DNA of 64,000 bases from Octopus vulgaris (GCA_951406725.2 OX597830.1:9734001-9798000); one strand, 5' to 3'. Positions 30,540 through 44,470 are shown, numbered from the stretch's first letter. Program-made: numbers and translations. Notes: generated by a model not told the origin, from the sequence alone.

Positions 30540-30745
30540 GAGAGTGAGAGAGAGAGAGAGAGAGGGAAAGTGATTGCGTGATAGAGAGAAGTAGAAAGGA
30601 GGGGGAGAGACATTATTGGAAAAAGAAAGAGAGAGTGAGAGAGAGAGAGAGAGAGAGGAGGAAGATGCGTGTGTGTGCACACGCGAGCACTTGTGTAATA
30701 TGTACCATTCGTGTCTTCATAAATAAATGAATAATAGAGAGACTG

Positions 30746-30781
<36 letters not shown>

Positions 30782-30894
30782 TGGGTTAGACGGTCAGAGC
30801 ACAGGCAGACATATAGGGAGAGAGCTAGAAAGAGAGAGAGAAAGAAAGACAGGCAGAGGTAGAGAGACAAAATGATAAAGAGCTACAGAGCGAT

Positions 30895-30933
<39 letters not shown>

Positions 30934-31140
30934 GAGACAGATAGATAAAATGATAAAGTGCGACAGAGAGACAGAGAGACAGAGAGAGAGCGAGAGAGAG
31001 AGAGAGAGCGGTAGAGAGAGAGAGCGATAGAGAGAGAAAGAGAGACAGATAGATAAAATGATAAAGAGCGACAGAGAGAGAGAGTCAGAAAGATAGTTAG
31101 TCAGAGACAGGGAGTCAGAGAGAGAGGGAGAGAGAATCAG
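30540..31140. repeat. (GA)n-rich tract with internal duplication
   Basis: 'agataaaatgataaag' unit repeated three times. Confidence 0.9.
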
Positions 31141-31365
31141 AGTGTAAGGGGGATGATGAATGAGGGAGTCAGTCGGAGTAGGATTGGGTGTGTAACGAAA
31201 TGAAAGTAAATTATTTATACATAGATATGTACATACATACACACACATATTGTGCGTGTGAGCGTATGTGTGAATAGGTGTGTGTGTGTTAGAGAAACTC
31301 CCCCCTCTCTCTACATATATATATATATATATTTATATATGTATATATTTATATATGTATGTATA

Positions 31366-31402
<37 letters not shown>

Positions 31403-31443
31403 GTATGTATATTTATATATGTGTATATATGTATATATATATG

Positions 31444-31502
<59 letters not shown>

Positions 31503-31869
31503 CATACATACATATATCTATTTATGTGTGCAAATGAATACGTTTAAGTCAATACGTGCGTGTATATCTATGTATATAAGTGAATTTGTGTGAGTAGTAT
31601 ATTTATGTACGTACATACATACATACATACATACATGCATTCATACATATGTATATATATATGTGTGTGTGTGTGTATACATATATATACACACGCACAT
31701 CTATATAAGCGAAAGTGTATGTGTCTGTGTGTGTGTGTGTGTGTGTTAAGTACATTGTAGTTCTGTGACGTAACTTGATAGTTCTCTGCATGTTCCGTTT
31801 CTAGTGTCACTGTAACCTCTTTCACAACTCTCTCTCTCTCTCTCTCTCTGTTTCACCCTTTCCAATACA

Positions 31870-31870
31870 T

Positions 31871-31907
<37 letters not shown>

Positions 31908-32146
31908 AGTTACCATACTTTCACTACTAATTCCACCACCACCAACACCACTACTACAACTGCTACTTATACTACTACTACTACTACTAATGTTACCATA
32001 ATTTCACTACTGATCCACCACCGACACCAACACTACCACCACCACCACCACTTCCACCACCACCACTACCACCACCACCACCACCACCACAACCACCAAC
32101 AACAACAACACCACCACCACCACCACTACTACTACTTCTACTACTT

Positions 32147-32183
<37 letters not shown>

Positions 32184-32224
32184 TACTACTACTACCATCA
32201 CTACTACTACTACTACTACTACTA

Positions 32225-32270
<46 letters not shown>

Positions 32271-32285
32271 TACTACTACTACCAT

Positions 32286-32375
<90 letters not shown>

Positions 32376-32390
32376 TACTACTACTACCAT

Positions 32391-32432
<42 letters not shown>

Positions 32433-32447
32433 TACTACTACTACCAT

Positions 32448-32480
<33 letters not shown>

Positions 32481-33330
32481 CCATCACTACAAAGAGTGCA
32501 AACACCATCACCATAAAACTCAACTACTTCAGCATTAACGCATCACTACCATCATCGCCAGCTCCCAGCACTACTACCACGTTCACCTCTACCGTAAAGA
32601 CCCTCTTTACAATCAAAACCACAACCTCCACCACCATCACCACCACAACCACTACCACCACCAAGTTCGCTGTCATCAGAGCTACCAGTGCGTCTACTAT
32701 CACCAATGCCACTACCACAAACACTTTCACTACCACCACCATTACCATCACCTAAACCACTACCAAAACCACCACCACCACCACCACCACCACCACAACC
32801 ACCGTACCACCGCCACCACCACTACCACAACCACCATCACCACCACCACCACCATCATCACCATCACCGAAACCACCACCGCTGCCGCCGCCACCACCAC
32901 TACTACCACAACATCCATCACCACCACTACCACCATCACCACCACCAAAACCACCACCGCTGCCTTCGCCACCACCACTACCACCACCTCGTTCGCTACC
33001 AGTGCGTCTACTATCACCAACGCCACTACCACCAACACTTTCGATTCGACCATAAAGAAGACCAACACCACCACCAACACTACCACCTCCACCACCACCG
33101 CCACCGCCACCAGCACCACCACCAACAACAACATGCTCACCTTCACTACCATGACGGTCACCACCTCATGTACTCTAACCAATACCCTCGTCACCAACAC
33201 CATAACCATGGAGCAGAACCACAACCGACCACCACCACCACTACCACCACACCCTCACTATCCCCCCGCCCATGTCCTCTGCCACCCCCATCACTGCCAT
33301 TACCACCATCATCCCCACCACTACGACCGC
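31870..33330. repeat. (ACT)n/(ACC)n compound microsatellite with higher-order duplications
   Basis: Duplicated 'ccagtgcgtctactatcaccaa' at ~32685 and ~32999. Confidence 0.95.
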
Positions 33331-33494
33331 CATAGCTATTTCCTGCTTCATGGTTTCTTCCTTTTCCCTTCTACCCCAAATGTAGAAACTACCCCTGTTC
33401 TCCTAGACTTACCCAAACATACTAACCCCGCCGCCTCATCAAACAACTCCCTCCCTGGACCTAACCAGAGAATCACTACAAGGTCGATGCTGCT

Positions 33495-33661
33495 GCTGTT
33501 GTTGTTTTTGTTGCTGTTGTTGTTGTTGTTTTTTTTTTCTTCTTCTTCTTCTTCTTCTTCTTCTTCTTCTTCTTCTTCTTCTTCTTCTTCTTCGCTCTGC
33601 GCTCTGTGTTCAAGGGTCTATCTCGATCGGAATTGAATCTGGGACGTAGAAATTTGGAACG

Positions 33662-33704
<43 letters not shown>

Positions 33705-34150
33705 GAAAGGGAGAGAGAGAAAGAGAGAAAGGGAGAGAGAGCGAGAGAGAGATAGACAGAGAGAGAAGGAGACGGCGGGAGAGAGAGAAAAAAGAGAGAA
33801 GGGGAGGGCTGAAGAGAGAGAGAGCATGAGAGAGACAGACAGACAGATAGAGACAGACCGAGAGAGAAGGAGAGGGCGGGAGAGAGAGAAAAACGAGAGA
33901 AGGGAAGGGCGGAAGAGAGAGAGAGCATGAGAGAGACAGACAGACAGATAGAGACAGAGAGAGAAGGAGAGGGCGGGAGAGAGAAAGATAAAAGAGAGAA
34001 GGGGAGGACGAGAGAGGGAGAGAGAGTAAGAAAATAAGGAAGAAATAAGAAAACTTATATACATATAAATATAGGAGAGAGCGCGAGAGAGAAGGAAGGG
34101 CGAGAGGAGAGAGATATGGAGGGAGAGAGAGAGAGAGAGAGAGAGAAAGA
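33495..34150. repeat. (TTG)/(TTC) then (GA)n with a ~100-bp higher-order unit
   Basis: 'gagaaggagagggcgggagagag' recurs. Confidence 0.92.
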
Positions 34151-35278
34151 AAGAAACTGCCCTGAAATATAGGTGTGGTGTGTGCGGTTTTTGTAGAGTG
34201 CCGTAGGTTTGTGTGAAAAATGTCCCGAAGAGACGCCATATAAAATGCACCGTATTCTAAGCCAGCTGTACTGTATACAGCAATGGAGTGTGTACTTTGT
34301 AGAATGTGTAACGTTTGTGAATTATGTACTATAGATAGAAAGATAGTATAACTATGTACTTACTTGATGGCGGTGGTCTCTTTGCATCTGAAGATTAATG
34401 AGGAGGGGCGGCACGACCACAAGTGACTCTGTCTACCGATCCTTGACGTTGCAGGTTTTTCCAATGAGGAGGTTTCAAGCAGAAGTCAGTCTCTGCAATT
34501 CGAACCCACTCTTTAGACTTGGAGGCTCGAAGAGAGTGGCTCAGCGGACTCAGACGGCTGCGGTTTTATATTGGAGTAGATTTCTTCCAGATGAGCTGTT
34601 TTACAAGCATCAAAAAGGGACCGTGCCACCCGAGAGATTCTGTTCTGTTTTTGTTTTTTTTTGCTGTCGAAGCTGGCACCCCTAGCCTTTTCCCTTTCCA
34701 AGGAACCCACAAGGCAGTGAGAGTTTGTTCTTCGAGTTTCTCACATAACATGCTAATTCACCTATAATTGGGACACTGACGAGTGCGACTGCACCGGATC
34801 AGAGTAGACGTGGCAACAATAACGTCTAATCCTTAAAATCTTGGGACACCCGAAATAGGGAACCACCGGCGAATGTAGTTTTAAGTAAAACCCAGGATAA
34901 GGCCTTTCGCATACTATGGAGTATGGGCGATCGACTTTTCTCAGTTGCCCTCCGCTCTCGGTTGTCTTTTTCACCGGTGCGAAGTTATATTAGAAAACAC
35001 ATGCGCATGTTGACATATAGTGGGACTGAACTCGGATCCATGTGGCTGGAAAGCAAGCTTAAAGTATGCTTAGGCACATTTTACATGGAGGAATGGATCT
35101 CCGTCAGTTTCAGTGATGAGGCTCGATGTTCGATCCACTAAACTACCTGCTCCTAAATAAACATATATATATATCGCTGAGTACTCCACAGATAAGTGTA
35201 ACCTTAATGTAATTATTTGACAGGATCAGATTGGCACAGTGTGTGACACATCCGTATGTTTTGAATAAAAAGTACAAC

Positions 35279-35585
35279 CGGTATGAGATATTTTGGCGCA
35301 GCCGTTTCGGCGCCGCATATTTGGCGTCACTGATTCGACGTTGACTTATTTGACATCAGACATTTTAATTATTTCTTTGTTTTAATGCTTCTCTTATTTT
35401 CTCACTCTCACTCTCTCTCTCTAGTGTTCTCTCTCTATTGTTCTCTCTCTCTCTATTTTCCCCCTCTCTCTCTATTGTTCCCCCTCTCTCACTCTGTTTG
35501 AGAATACGGCATAGGTGACTGAATATCCAGTCAGCTTTGCCGTATCGTCAACACCAAAACAGCTGCGCCTAATAGTCTCTATCCG
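35279..35585. mobile_element. Foldback-type MITE with 8-bp TSD, inserted in a family E SINE
   Basis: Left TIR 'cggtatgagatattttggcgcagccgtttcggcg', right TIR 'caccaaaacagctgcgcctaatagtctctatccg'. Flanks agtacaac and agtacaat. Confidence 0.7.
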
Positions 35586-36388
35586 AGTACAATCAATCAG
35601 ACGGGATTCTATACAATTTCCGTCAACCTGTTTTAACTCACAATATATAAACGACATTAATTCAAGATGACATGCCATGAGTCGAACCAGAGATCTCGAG
35701 GTTGCAAAGCAAACGTCCCTAACCATTCAGCTACACTAAACCCTATAGCTACACCTCATATGGTACACATAGTAGAGAGAAAAGTACATTCCACATTGGT
35801 GCAGAGCGTATTATACTTAGCCACACATTACGCTCATTACAACATTAAACACACACGCAATATACATCATTTATTGTAGGTTAACAATAAGAAAAATGCT
35901 GGGTGTGTTTGTTAGGGGACTGCTTGAAGAAGAGGGAGAGCCTAAATAACGACAGATCAAATAACATCTAATGAGTTTGATAGTAGGGAGGAAATTTAGG
36001 TGGTATATATACATATATATATATATGTATATGTATGTATGTATATATATATTTATGTGTATAGATGTATATGTATGTATGTATGTATGTATATATATAT
36101 ATATCTATATATATTTATATACATACATATGCATGTATGTGTATGAGTCATGGCCCATTTGGGGACATATTTTATACTGTGTATCTAGGGTAATAGCAAA
36201 GACGTAAAACTTAATCCGCGTTTAAGTTGCACTAATGAAACAGGCTTGGGTTTAGAATTAAAGCCAATGAAATACTTGTCTTTTCTCTGTGAAGCAGAAT
36301 GCTGGGACTTGCAGCTGTCAGTTTAACAACTTCATAAATACGAATAGTGCATATATGAATGCACTCACACGTGTATTTCTTTTATATG

Positions 36389-36419
<31 letters not shown>

Positions 36420-36424
<5 letters not shown>

Positions 36425-38150
36425 CTCTTGGCTTAGACGACTTTTTGGGGGACAACCAGATCAAACCATCTCAAGTGTAACTGTCCGAAATGGTCGTGAC
36501 TTCTGGTATTTGACTGATGAAAGAAAGCCACAAATGACCTGTGTTTCTTTGCCTGTCCTTCTAATTGTTGTTTCTCTTGTCCATCTTTGTGTCGTCTATC
36601 TGTCCGAATATTTTAATGCCCTCTTTTGCGTTTTTGTTCCATTTTCATATACATTCATACATACATACATACATATATATATACATATACATATATATAT
36701 ATATATATAGGTATACATATATATATATAGAACGGCGTCCATACACCCTTGTACTCACCATATTGTAAGTATGTATCTAAAATTTTGTACGACTCTTACT
36801 TTATCTTTTATTCCCCCTCTCATTTTTCTTCCTTTCTCTCTCTCCCCCCCCCCTCTCTCAAATTTCTTTACCTTCTCTTTCTTTAACTCCCACTGTTTCC
36901 CACTGCACCTTTATTTCCCCTACACATTTCCCCTTGTCTCTAATTTTTTCCTAATCCTCCAATCCCGCTGTCCCCTACCCATTTCTCTTCTTTCTACGTG
37001 ACCGGTATCCGCCAGCCATGATCTTTCCTTCTTGGCCTGACTGCCGACCGCCGACACCTCTTATGTCCATCTCCCATGTTCCTGCCTTTAGACTTTTACT
37101 CCATACACACCATCTCAATTTGTATCGTTCTCAGTAGAAAGACGCCTGTTGTTATTTCTTGTTTTTGTATTCGTAATTGTGTACCATGTTCTCCGTTTTT
37201 TTTTGTTGTTTGTTTCTTTTCGCCTTTGTTGCCGTACACATTCGCTAGCTTTCTTACAAAGGGTCTAATGTTCTTAACTTAGAACAACCAGATCGAACCA
37301 TCTCAAGTGTAACTGTCCGAAATGTTTGTGACTACTGGTACTTGACTGATGAAAAAAAGCCAAGCATGGCCGGTCTTTCTTTGCCCGTCCTTCTAATTGT
37401 TGTTTCTCTTGTTCCTCTTTGTATCAGCTATCTGTCCGAATGTTTTAATGCCCTCTATAAACTTTCTCGACCGGCATCAAGATAAGAGAGTCAATATGCA
37501 TTCTATATTCTTTGTGTGAAAAAAAGCTAAATGTTAAATTTTGATTTTAATTTTTAATTCACCTGAAAAAAACGGATTTTTTTTACATAATGCAGTTGAT
37601 TTATTCATCAATAAAAAACACATCTGAAACGATTGTAGTGAACCTCAGCTCGTTTGTGCTATTATGTATACTACACCACACTCAGAATCTTCCCTGCATT
37701 GGATCTTGAGCCTACAATGGACCGCGGACAGCATGCCGGAGTATATTCTTCTCTGATTTTTCTATTGTTTTGAAGGTATTTGGTCTATATTTGTGGATGT
37801 ACGCGTAATTGGATGGTCAAATCTCCAGTAGGTATGTGAGTGTCCGTACAGACTGTTGAAACATGGGTAAATTGTCCTTGACTCTAACTTGGTGTTCTGA
37901 TGATTAATTCTGTTCGATGCTGGAAATGTCCCCCAGCCTGAGGCGAACCATGAAGTAGCACGGAATTCGAATCGAACTATTTTGAAGAATACATGTAACT
38001 TGCAATAAATGTGTTGAGTGCCCTTTCTTACGTTTGTCCACTCATTCATATATATATATATATATATACGTGTGTATGTGTGTGTGTACGTATGCGTATG
38101 TGTATGTATATGTATATATATATGTGTGTGTGTGTGTACATATATATATG

Positions 38151-38181
<31 letters not shown>

Positions 38182-38196
38182 TGATATATATATACA

Positions 38197-38229
<33 letters not shown>

Positions 38230-38610
38230 TCATGGGCTTTCACTCCATACACGCCAGCTCAATTTGCTTCGTCCTCCGTAGTCGAAAGACACATGTTGTT
38301 ATATTTTTATTGTTTGTGTTTCTAATTGTGTAAAATGTTCACCGTTTTTTCTCTTTGTTGTCATACACATTCGCTAGCTTTCTTACAAAAAAATCTAATG
38401 CTCTTAGCTTAGACATTTTGTGGGCTATCAGATCGAACATTCACAAGTGTAATTTCCATAAACTGTAAGGACAATCAGGAAACCTGACTGATGAAAAAAG
38501 GCCATGAATGACCCGTCCTTTTTTCTCTGTCCCTTTATTTGTTGTTTTCCTGTCCGCCTTTGTATCGTCTACCTATTGGGATCTTTTATTGTCCTCTATT
38601 TCGATTTTGT
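36420..38610 (+). mobile_element. Three dispersed direct copies of a pLTR-like unit (36420-36640, 37090-37455, 38236-38610)
   Basis: Shared 'ttagcttagac...cagatcgaacc...caagtgtaactgtccgaaa...tgactgatgaaa...gacc'. A related piece lies at 46305-46410. Confidence 0.7.
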
Positions 38611-38616
38611 TCAATT

Positions 38617-38672
<56 letters not shown>

Positions 38673-38673
38673 T

Positions 38674-39303
38674 ATACAAGATAAGAAAATGGAGAAATAC
38701 ATCTAAATCAAATATCAATTATCAGATAATACTCAATCACATACTTTATTAAACCACCACATAAGAGACTGTAGGGTTAAACATAAAAAAGCAGAACAAA
38801 TCAGTGTACATAAAGGAATGTACATAAAAAAGTGCACATAAAAGAGTAATGTTGTATAATAAGTAGAATATATATAAAAAAGAGAATATAAATATAAGTA
38901 AATATAAATATGTATATCTCCGAAGAGGCCTTAGGATACTTTTGTAAATGTCTCATTTATATCCATATATTGACCTACCATAATAGGCTAATATTGATAA
39001 AATGAGACATACTTATCTACATGGCCGAAACAGCTGTAATCTATACTTATATTTATATTCTCTTTTTTATATATATTCTACTTATTATACAACATTACTC
39101 TTTTATGTACACTTTTTATGTACATTCCTTTGTGTACACTGATTTGTTCTGCTTTTTTATGTTTAACCCTACAGTTTCTTATGTGGTGGTTTAATAAAGT
39201 ATGTGATTGAGTATTATCTGATAATTGATATTTGATTTAGATGTATTTCTCCATTTTCTTATCTTGTATTCGTAATTTGTGGTAAATCATTTTACCTTTG
39301 TCC
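38674..39303 (+). mobile_element. PLE-like inverted repeat (~226-bp arms) enclosing a hammerhead motif, plus ~34-nt tail
   Basis: Arms at 38674-38900 and 39044-39269. The spacer is CCGAAGA-GGCC...GGCC-GAAA-CAGCTG-TA. Confidence 0.85.
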
Positions 39304-39484
39304 ATATAATACAGTAAATGAATTGATTGCATCGCAATCATTAACATTTATGTATTAACTTTGTTGGGTACTTCACTAGCAGTATATTGGATATATGTTA
39401 TCCCATGGAGGGTTGCATTTACAACCCCTATCTCAATTTGTATATATAAATATATATATATATATATATTTCTTTACGTTTTTT

Positions 39485-39840
39485 CACTTGGTTTAATTAT
39501 TAGACTGCGGCCATGCTGGGGCACTGCCTTGGAGAATTTTAATAGAACGAGCTGACCCCAGATCTTATATATTTTATGCCTGTTACTTATATCTTTTCGG
39601 AACCACTAAGTTACGGGCACATAGACACTCCAGTAGCAATTGTAAAGCGGTAGCGGGTGGGGAAAAACATAGGCACACGCACAGACATTCAGGCACGATG
39701 GCCTTCCTTCTGTTTCCCTCTTCCAAATCCACTAAGAAGCCTTAATCGGCACAGAATTATAACGGAAAACTCCCGCCTAATTTTCTACGCAGTGGAACTG
39801 AACGTGGACCATGTGCTTCGGAGTCAAAATCTTACCACAC
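39485..39840 (-). mobile_element. Old SINE family A copy
   Basis: Diverged tail and body. A second partial copy lies at 40195-40345. Confidence 0.7.
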
Positions 39841-40126
39841 ATATTTATATACATACATCACCATCATTTTAACAACCGTTTTCTAGCGGTTGCATAAATC
39901 AAATGGAATATATTAAAGTAGACATTATACAGCTGCATGCCCTTCCTGTCGCCAATTCTCACTTGTTTGGAAGCCGGAGCAAGTTACCAGGGAAGAACGA
40001 AAGCGAGTGACGCTCTTGTATGACGATGAAGGCCCTTTTTACAAGAGCCTCTGGATGTTAAGGCAAAGGGGTACAGACAGCCACGCGTTAATACAGACGC
40101 ATATAGGTACATTTATATACATTTAC

Positions 40127-40172
<46 letters not shown>

Positions 40173-40390
40173 CACACACACACACATTCTTATATTTTTT
40201 CAGTCATTTGACTGCGGCCATGCTTGAGCACCATTACTCGAAAAAATTGACCCCAGCCTAGTACTGCTAAGTTACGGGGACGTAAACACACCAGCATCGG
40301 TTATGAAGCTATGGTGGGGGGAACATACATAGGGACACAGACATACACACACACGCAGATACACACACACAAACACACAAACACACAAAT

Positions 40391-40435
<45 letters not shown>

Positions 40436-41016
40436 AATAGCTACATGTATACAATTAGCACATACACATGGATACAAGCATACATACATACGCATACATA
40501 CATAAATACATAAATACATAAATACATACATACATACATACATAAATACATACATACATACATACATACATACATACATACATGTATAAAAATTATAAAC
40601 ATGCATATGTGCATGCGAACCACAATGCATACCAAATCATAAAATATTAGCGTAAATGATAAATTATTTCATGCGTAAGGGAGATAAATCCGAAATCAAA
40701 TTCATAAAAAAATTGAATGTAGCATGTGTGAGTGTCCGCGCGCTTACTATATGTATGTATGCGCTTCTTGCATATGTATAAATGATTGTGCATGTGTGCA
40801 TATGTGCATTAGTGCATGTGTGTGTGGATGTGTTTGAGGATGTGGCCTGGGAAAGTCACTTCAGAGAGAAATGTACCCTGGCGCAGATAGAAAGCTGCAG
40901 ATATCTAAAGTCGTAAGATTGACATCAAGATAGACGGATAGACATGTAATTAGTGAGACAGACAGACAGACAGAAAGAAACAGGGCGTGACTCGGGTGCA
41001 GTGAGGAAATAGCAGA

Positions 41017-41065
<49 letters not shown>

Positions 41066-41443
41066 TGGGAGTGTATATGCAAGAAAGGGAGATGAAGAGA
41101 AGAACTGGTGTTTGGTGATAAGACGAACACAAAGACAACGAACGATGATATTCGATGCCAAATGTTGATATAAATGTGTCACAAAGATATGAGAGACGAA
41201 CGACTGCACTGCAATATCTGTGACAGCAAAGTCTAAAGCAAGAATGTGCGTTCCAAGAAATATATTCCACCAATGAAATGTTCTCTATGGCACCCTTAAA
41301 GTCTGCGAGTGATTCAGTTAAATCTTTAACCCTTTTGTTTTTACAGGAATTTATTCCCAAACTAATTCCACCAGTGTTCAAAGAGAACATCACTAGAAGT
41401 TCAGAAAGTTCTCTCTCTCCCTTCCTCAATCTTTCTCTCTCCC

Positions 41444-41566
<123 letters not shown>

Positions 41567-41623
41567 GTATGTATGTATGTATGCATGTATGTATGTGTGT
41601 ATGTATGTATGTATGTATGTATG

Positions 41624-41695
<72 letters not shown>

Positions 41696-41698
<3 letters not shown>

Positions 41699-42140
41699 GA
41701 GCAAAACGCCCCCGTCCAATTGACGGTGTTGAGTTGTCAAACATTTAAACAAAATTTTCTCAAAACAACTTGTCCGACCGTCTCATAGGCCGCCCCTTTG
41801 AGAAACACTGATTTAACCTAAATTTGAGACACCAGCATAAGAAGAAATAAAGATAGACTTTTTCTATTCCAAAGAAAAACGATTTTATTCACACAAATAT
41901 GCAACCGAAGAGTTTAAAGTAGCAGTAAGTACATCGCATCAGCTGATGTACTTGCGCGTACAAATGCACGTCCCCACGGCTTTATCGATCGCATTCTCAC
42001 CTGGAATCGATTTTTGTAATTTTTTCAAGACTCATGCACGCCCTGATAACGTCAGTATCTACATATCAAATTTTAGCGCAATCGGATGGAGGATGCCCGA
42101 GATCCTAGAAGACACCTACACAGACAAACAGAACGGATTT

Positions 42141-42148
<8 letters not shown>
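41696..42148 (+). mobile_element. Helentron/DINE-1-like element
   Basis: 5' 'acgagcaaaacgcccccgtccaattgacgg' hairpin. 3' 'aaattttagcgcaatcggatg...acagacaaacagaacggattttatata'. Confidence 0.55.
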
Positions 42149-42201
<53 letters not shown>

Positions 42202-42633
42202 TACATATAGATATATATTAATATATTCATATATGCGGGGTGGGTGAGCAAGCGCGTGTATATGTATATATGTGTTTGTGTGAGTGTGACGTCGGACCTC
42301 TGGAGATCTTCCCCAATGACGGCCAGCCATCTAGTGCGGGGCCTGCCTGGAGGCCTCTCCTAGCTAACAGCTGCTGCATCGAATGAGAGAGTAAGGCCCT
42401 TGTAGGAAGGTCCATGATGATGTAATCAGTGACATCTTGAGACGTTAACGAAGGAAAGGATGTAGGAAAGCTACTACTCGGTGGCAGTACTACAGGATTA
42501 ATAAAGAAATTTGAAATAACCTTAATAAAAAGACCAAACACGGGCATCTACTTCTTTGTCATGGTTGTCAGGATCTTTCTATTCTCGTCCCCTTTCTCTC
42601 TCTTTCGTTGCCTCTGCCACTTTCATAATCAAA

Positions 42634-42747
42634 ATTTAGCAGAAACAATAGCGTGACTTATGGGTTGAGAGTTTCGTTTGTTGGCACTTATCTAACCCTA
42701 CGCAGGAAACTCTCGGCCCTTGCGTCACTTTATTGCTTCTGCTAAAT
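42634..42747. repeat. Imperfect hairpin, ~42-bp arms
   Basis: 'atttagcagaaacaatagcgtgac...gagagtttc' pairs with 'gaaactctc...gtcactttattgcttctgctaaat'. Confidence 0.8.
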
Positions 42748-42863
42748 ATCAATAACTCAGGTTTTGAGTTCTACTTTTCCTGTTTGCATCACCATACATA
42801 TACACATACATACATACATACATCATATATATATATATATATATATACGTTTTCGTGTTTACA

Positions 42864-43138
42864 ATCCTGTAAATAATAATACTGGTATTTTTTTTATATA
42901 AGCTTTAAGCTTATGGCGATCACCGTGCAATGACTAAGGAAAATAGTCTAATAAAGGTGTATGTAAGCCCTCGACAGGAAGAAAGAAGGCTTTCCTATTC
43001 GCGTTGGACAGTAAAGCCTTCTTTTTTTCTGTCGAGGGCTTATATGCCCCTTTATTAGACTATTTTCCTTATTGCATGGTAATCGCCATAAGCTTTAAGC
43101 TTATATAAAAAAAATACCGTTATTATTATTTACAGGAT
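42864..43138. mobile_element. 275-bp palindrome, PLE-like
   Basis: Arms of ~128 bp around the loop 42994-43012 'cctattcgcgttggacagt'. Flanked by (AT)n. Confidence 0.8.
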
Positions 43139-43144
43139 ATACAT

Positions 43145-43195
<51 letters not shown>

Positions 43196-43889
43196 TATAT
43201 ATATATAGTTGAGTACAGAAATTCGGGGTGAGTACTTGATAATTGTAAGCACCTGTATATACCGTTTGGGGTGTAGGTGGTGGAGTAAATTAATCAAAAT
43301 AACGCGTGCATCATATATATATATATATATGATGCACGCGTAAGATGTGCGTGTGAGAGAAACACCTCGAATAGTGATTTTGTTTCTTAATTACATTGAT
43401 AATATCAGATGATTGATGTTTTTCGACTCACAATATGACAAATGCGAGACAGTGAAGTGTCAGTATTTAGTAAACAGAACACTCCCCTGAGGTTGTTTTT
43501 ACCAAATCTTATTGTTGATAATTTACATGTCCTTGTTTCATCGTTATTGTCATCATCGTCACCGCTGTCATCGTTGTCATCATCGTTGTCGTGGATGCCG
43601 TCGACGCCGTCTTTCATGTTCCTGTCGCTTTGTGACCTCTAGGTCAGCTCTGAATGATTCGATATGAAGTACCCGGCTTGGCAGTCGGCAAAACAGCTGC
43701 GTACGATTCATAAATCTGTTGTTCTACGCGTACTTTGCATTGACCAAACTGAGGTCGATACTGCATACACTGACACCTAGCGGTGGATCATTTAGGTTGC
43801 AGTGTGAATGTCTGGACCAACATTCCTCAGTTTTTATGTAGAATCTGAAACAGAAGAGAGTTTCATATTAGCTGTATACGTGAAACCTG

Positions 43890-44145
43890 AGTGAAGATGA
43901 GCGGATAATTGGTTAGGTGTATACATATCACGAGCGTAAGGTCGTGAGTTCGATACCCTGTAGCGTGCTGAATTATTGACCGAGACAGTTTATGTCAAGT
44001 TGCCCCAGTCCGCAAAAATTAATAGTATCTATATTTCAAAGGGCCAGCCTTGTCACATTCTGTGTTATTCAGAATCTCCCCGAGAACCACGTTAAGGGTG
44101 CGCCTGCCTGTGAAGTGCTCTGCCACATGTGCGCTAATTTCTCGT
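43890..44145 (+). mobile_element. SINE family E
   Basis: B-box 'gagttcgatacc' and body 'aatctccccgagaaccacgttaagggtg'. Confidence 0.75.
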
Positions 44146-44271
44146 TTTCAAGGCTTTGTTCTTCTCAGTGAGAATTGTAAAAGGTTTATATTATAAGAAT
44201 TTAGGAACTTCGAGAGATATTAGGAAAATTATCTTTAACGGTGGAACTCGATGCGGGTAGAGCTATATTAC

Positions 44272-44470
44272 CTACTATTGGCACAATGCCTGAAATTTGG
44301 GGGAGAGGATAATAGATGACACCGACTCCAGTGTTTAATTGCTATTTAGCCCATCGATCCTGAAAGGATTACAGGCAAAAGCCACTGCAGAATTTGAACT
44401 TAGAACGTAAGGATTGATCAAATGCTGCTAAGCATTTTGCCCGGCGTGCCTACTATTCTGCCATCTCGCC
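44272..44470 (-). mobile_element. SINE family B
   Basis: Diverged monomer. Confidence 0.8.

Noticed and set aside
31993-33636. Ser/Val/His/Thr-rich ORFs resembling mucin or His-rich proteins
   Set aside because: Open in several frames on both strands because trinucleotide repeats lack stops.
37700-38030. Possible LINE endonuclease or transposase remnant on the minus strand
   Set aside because: Only faint motif resemblance; cannot be assigned without a search.
41200-41410. Complex island with open frames on both strands
   Set aside because: No recognisable motif or convincing splice pair.
43300-43341. Small palindrome acgcgtgcatc(at)n gatgcacgcgt
   Set aside because: Probably a local fold-back repair around self-complementary (AT)n, with only 11-bp unique arms.
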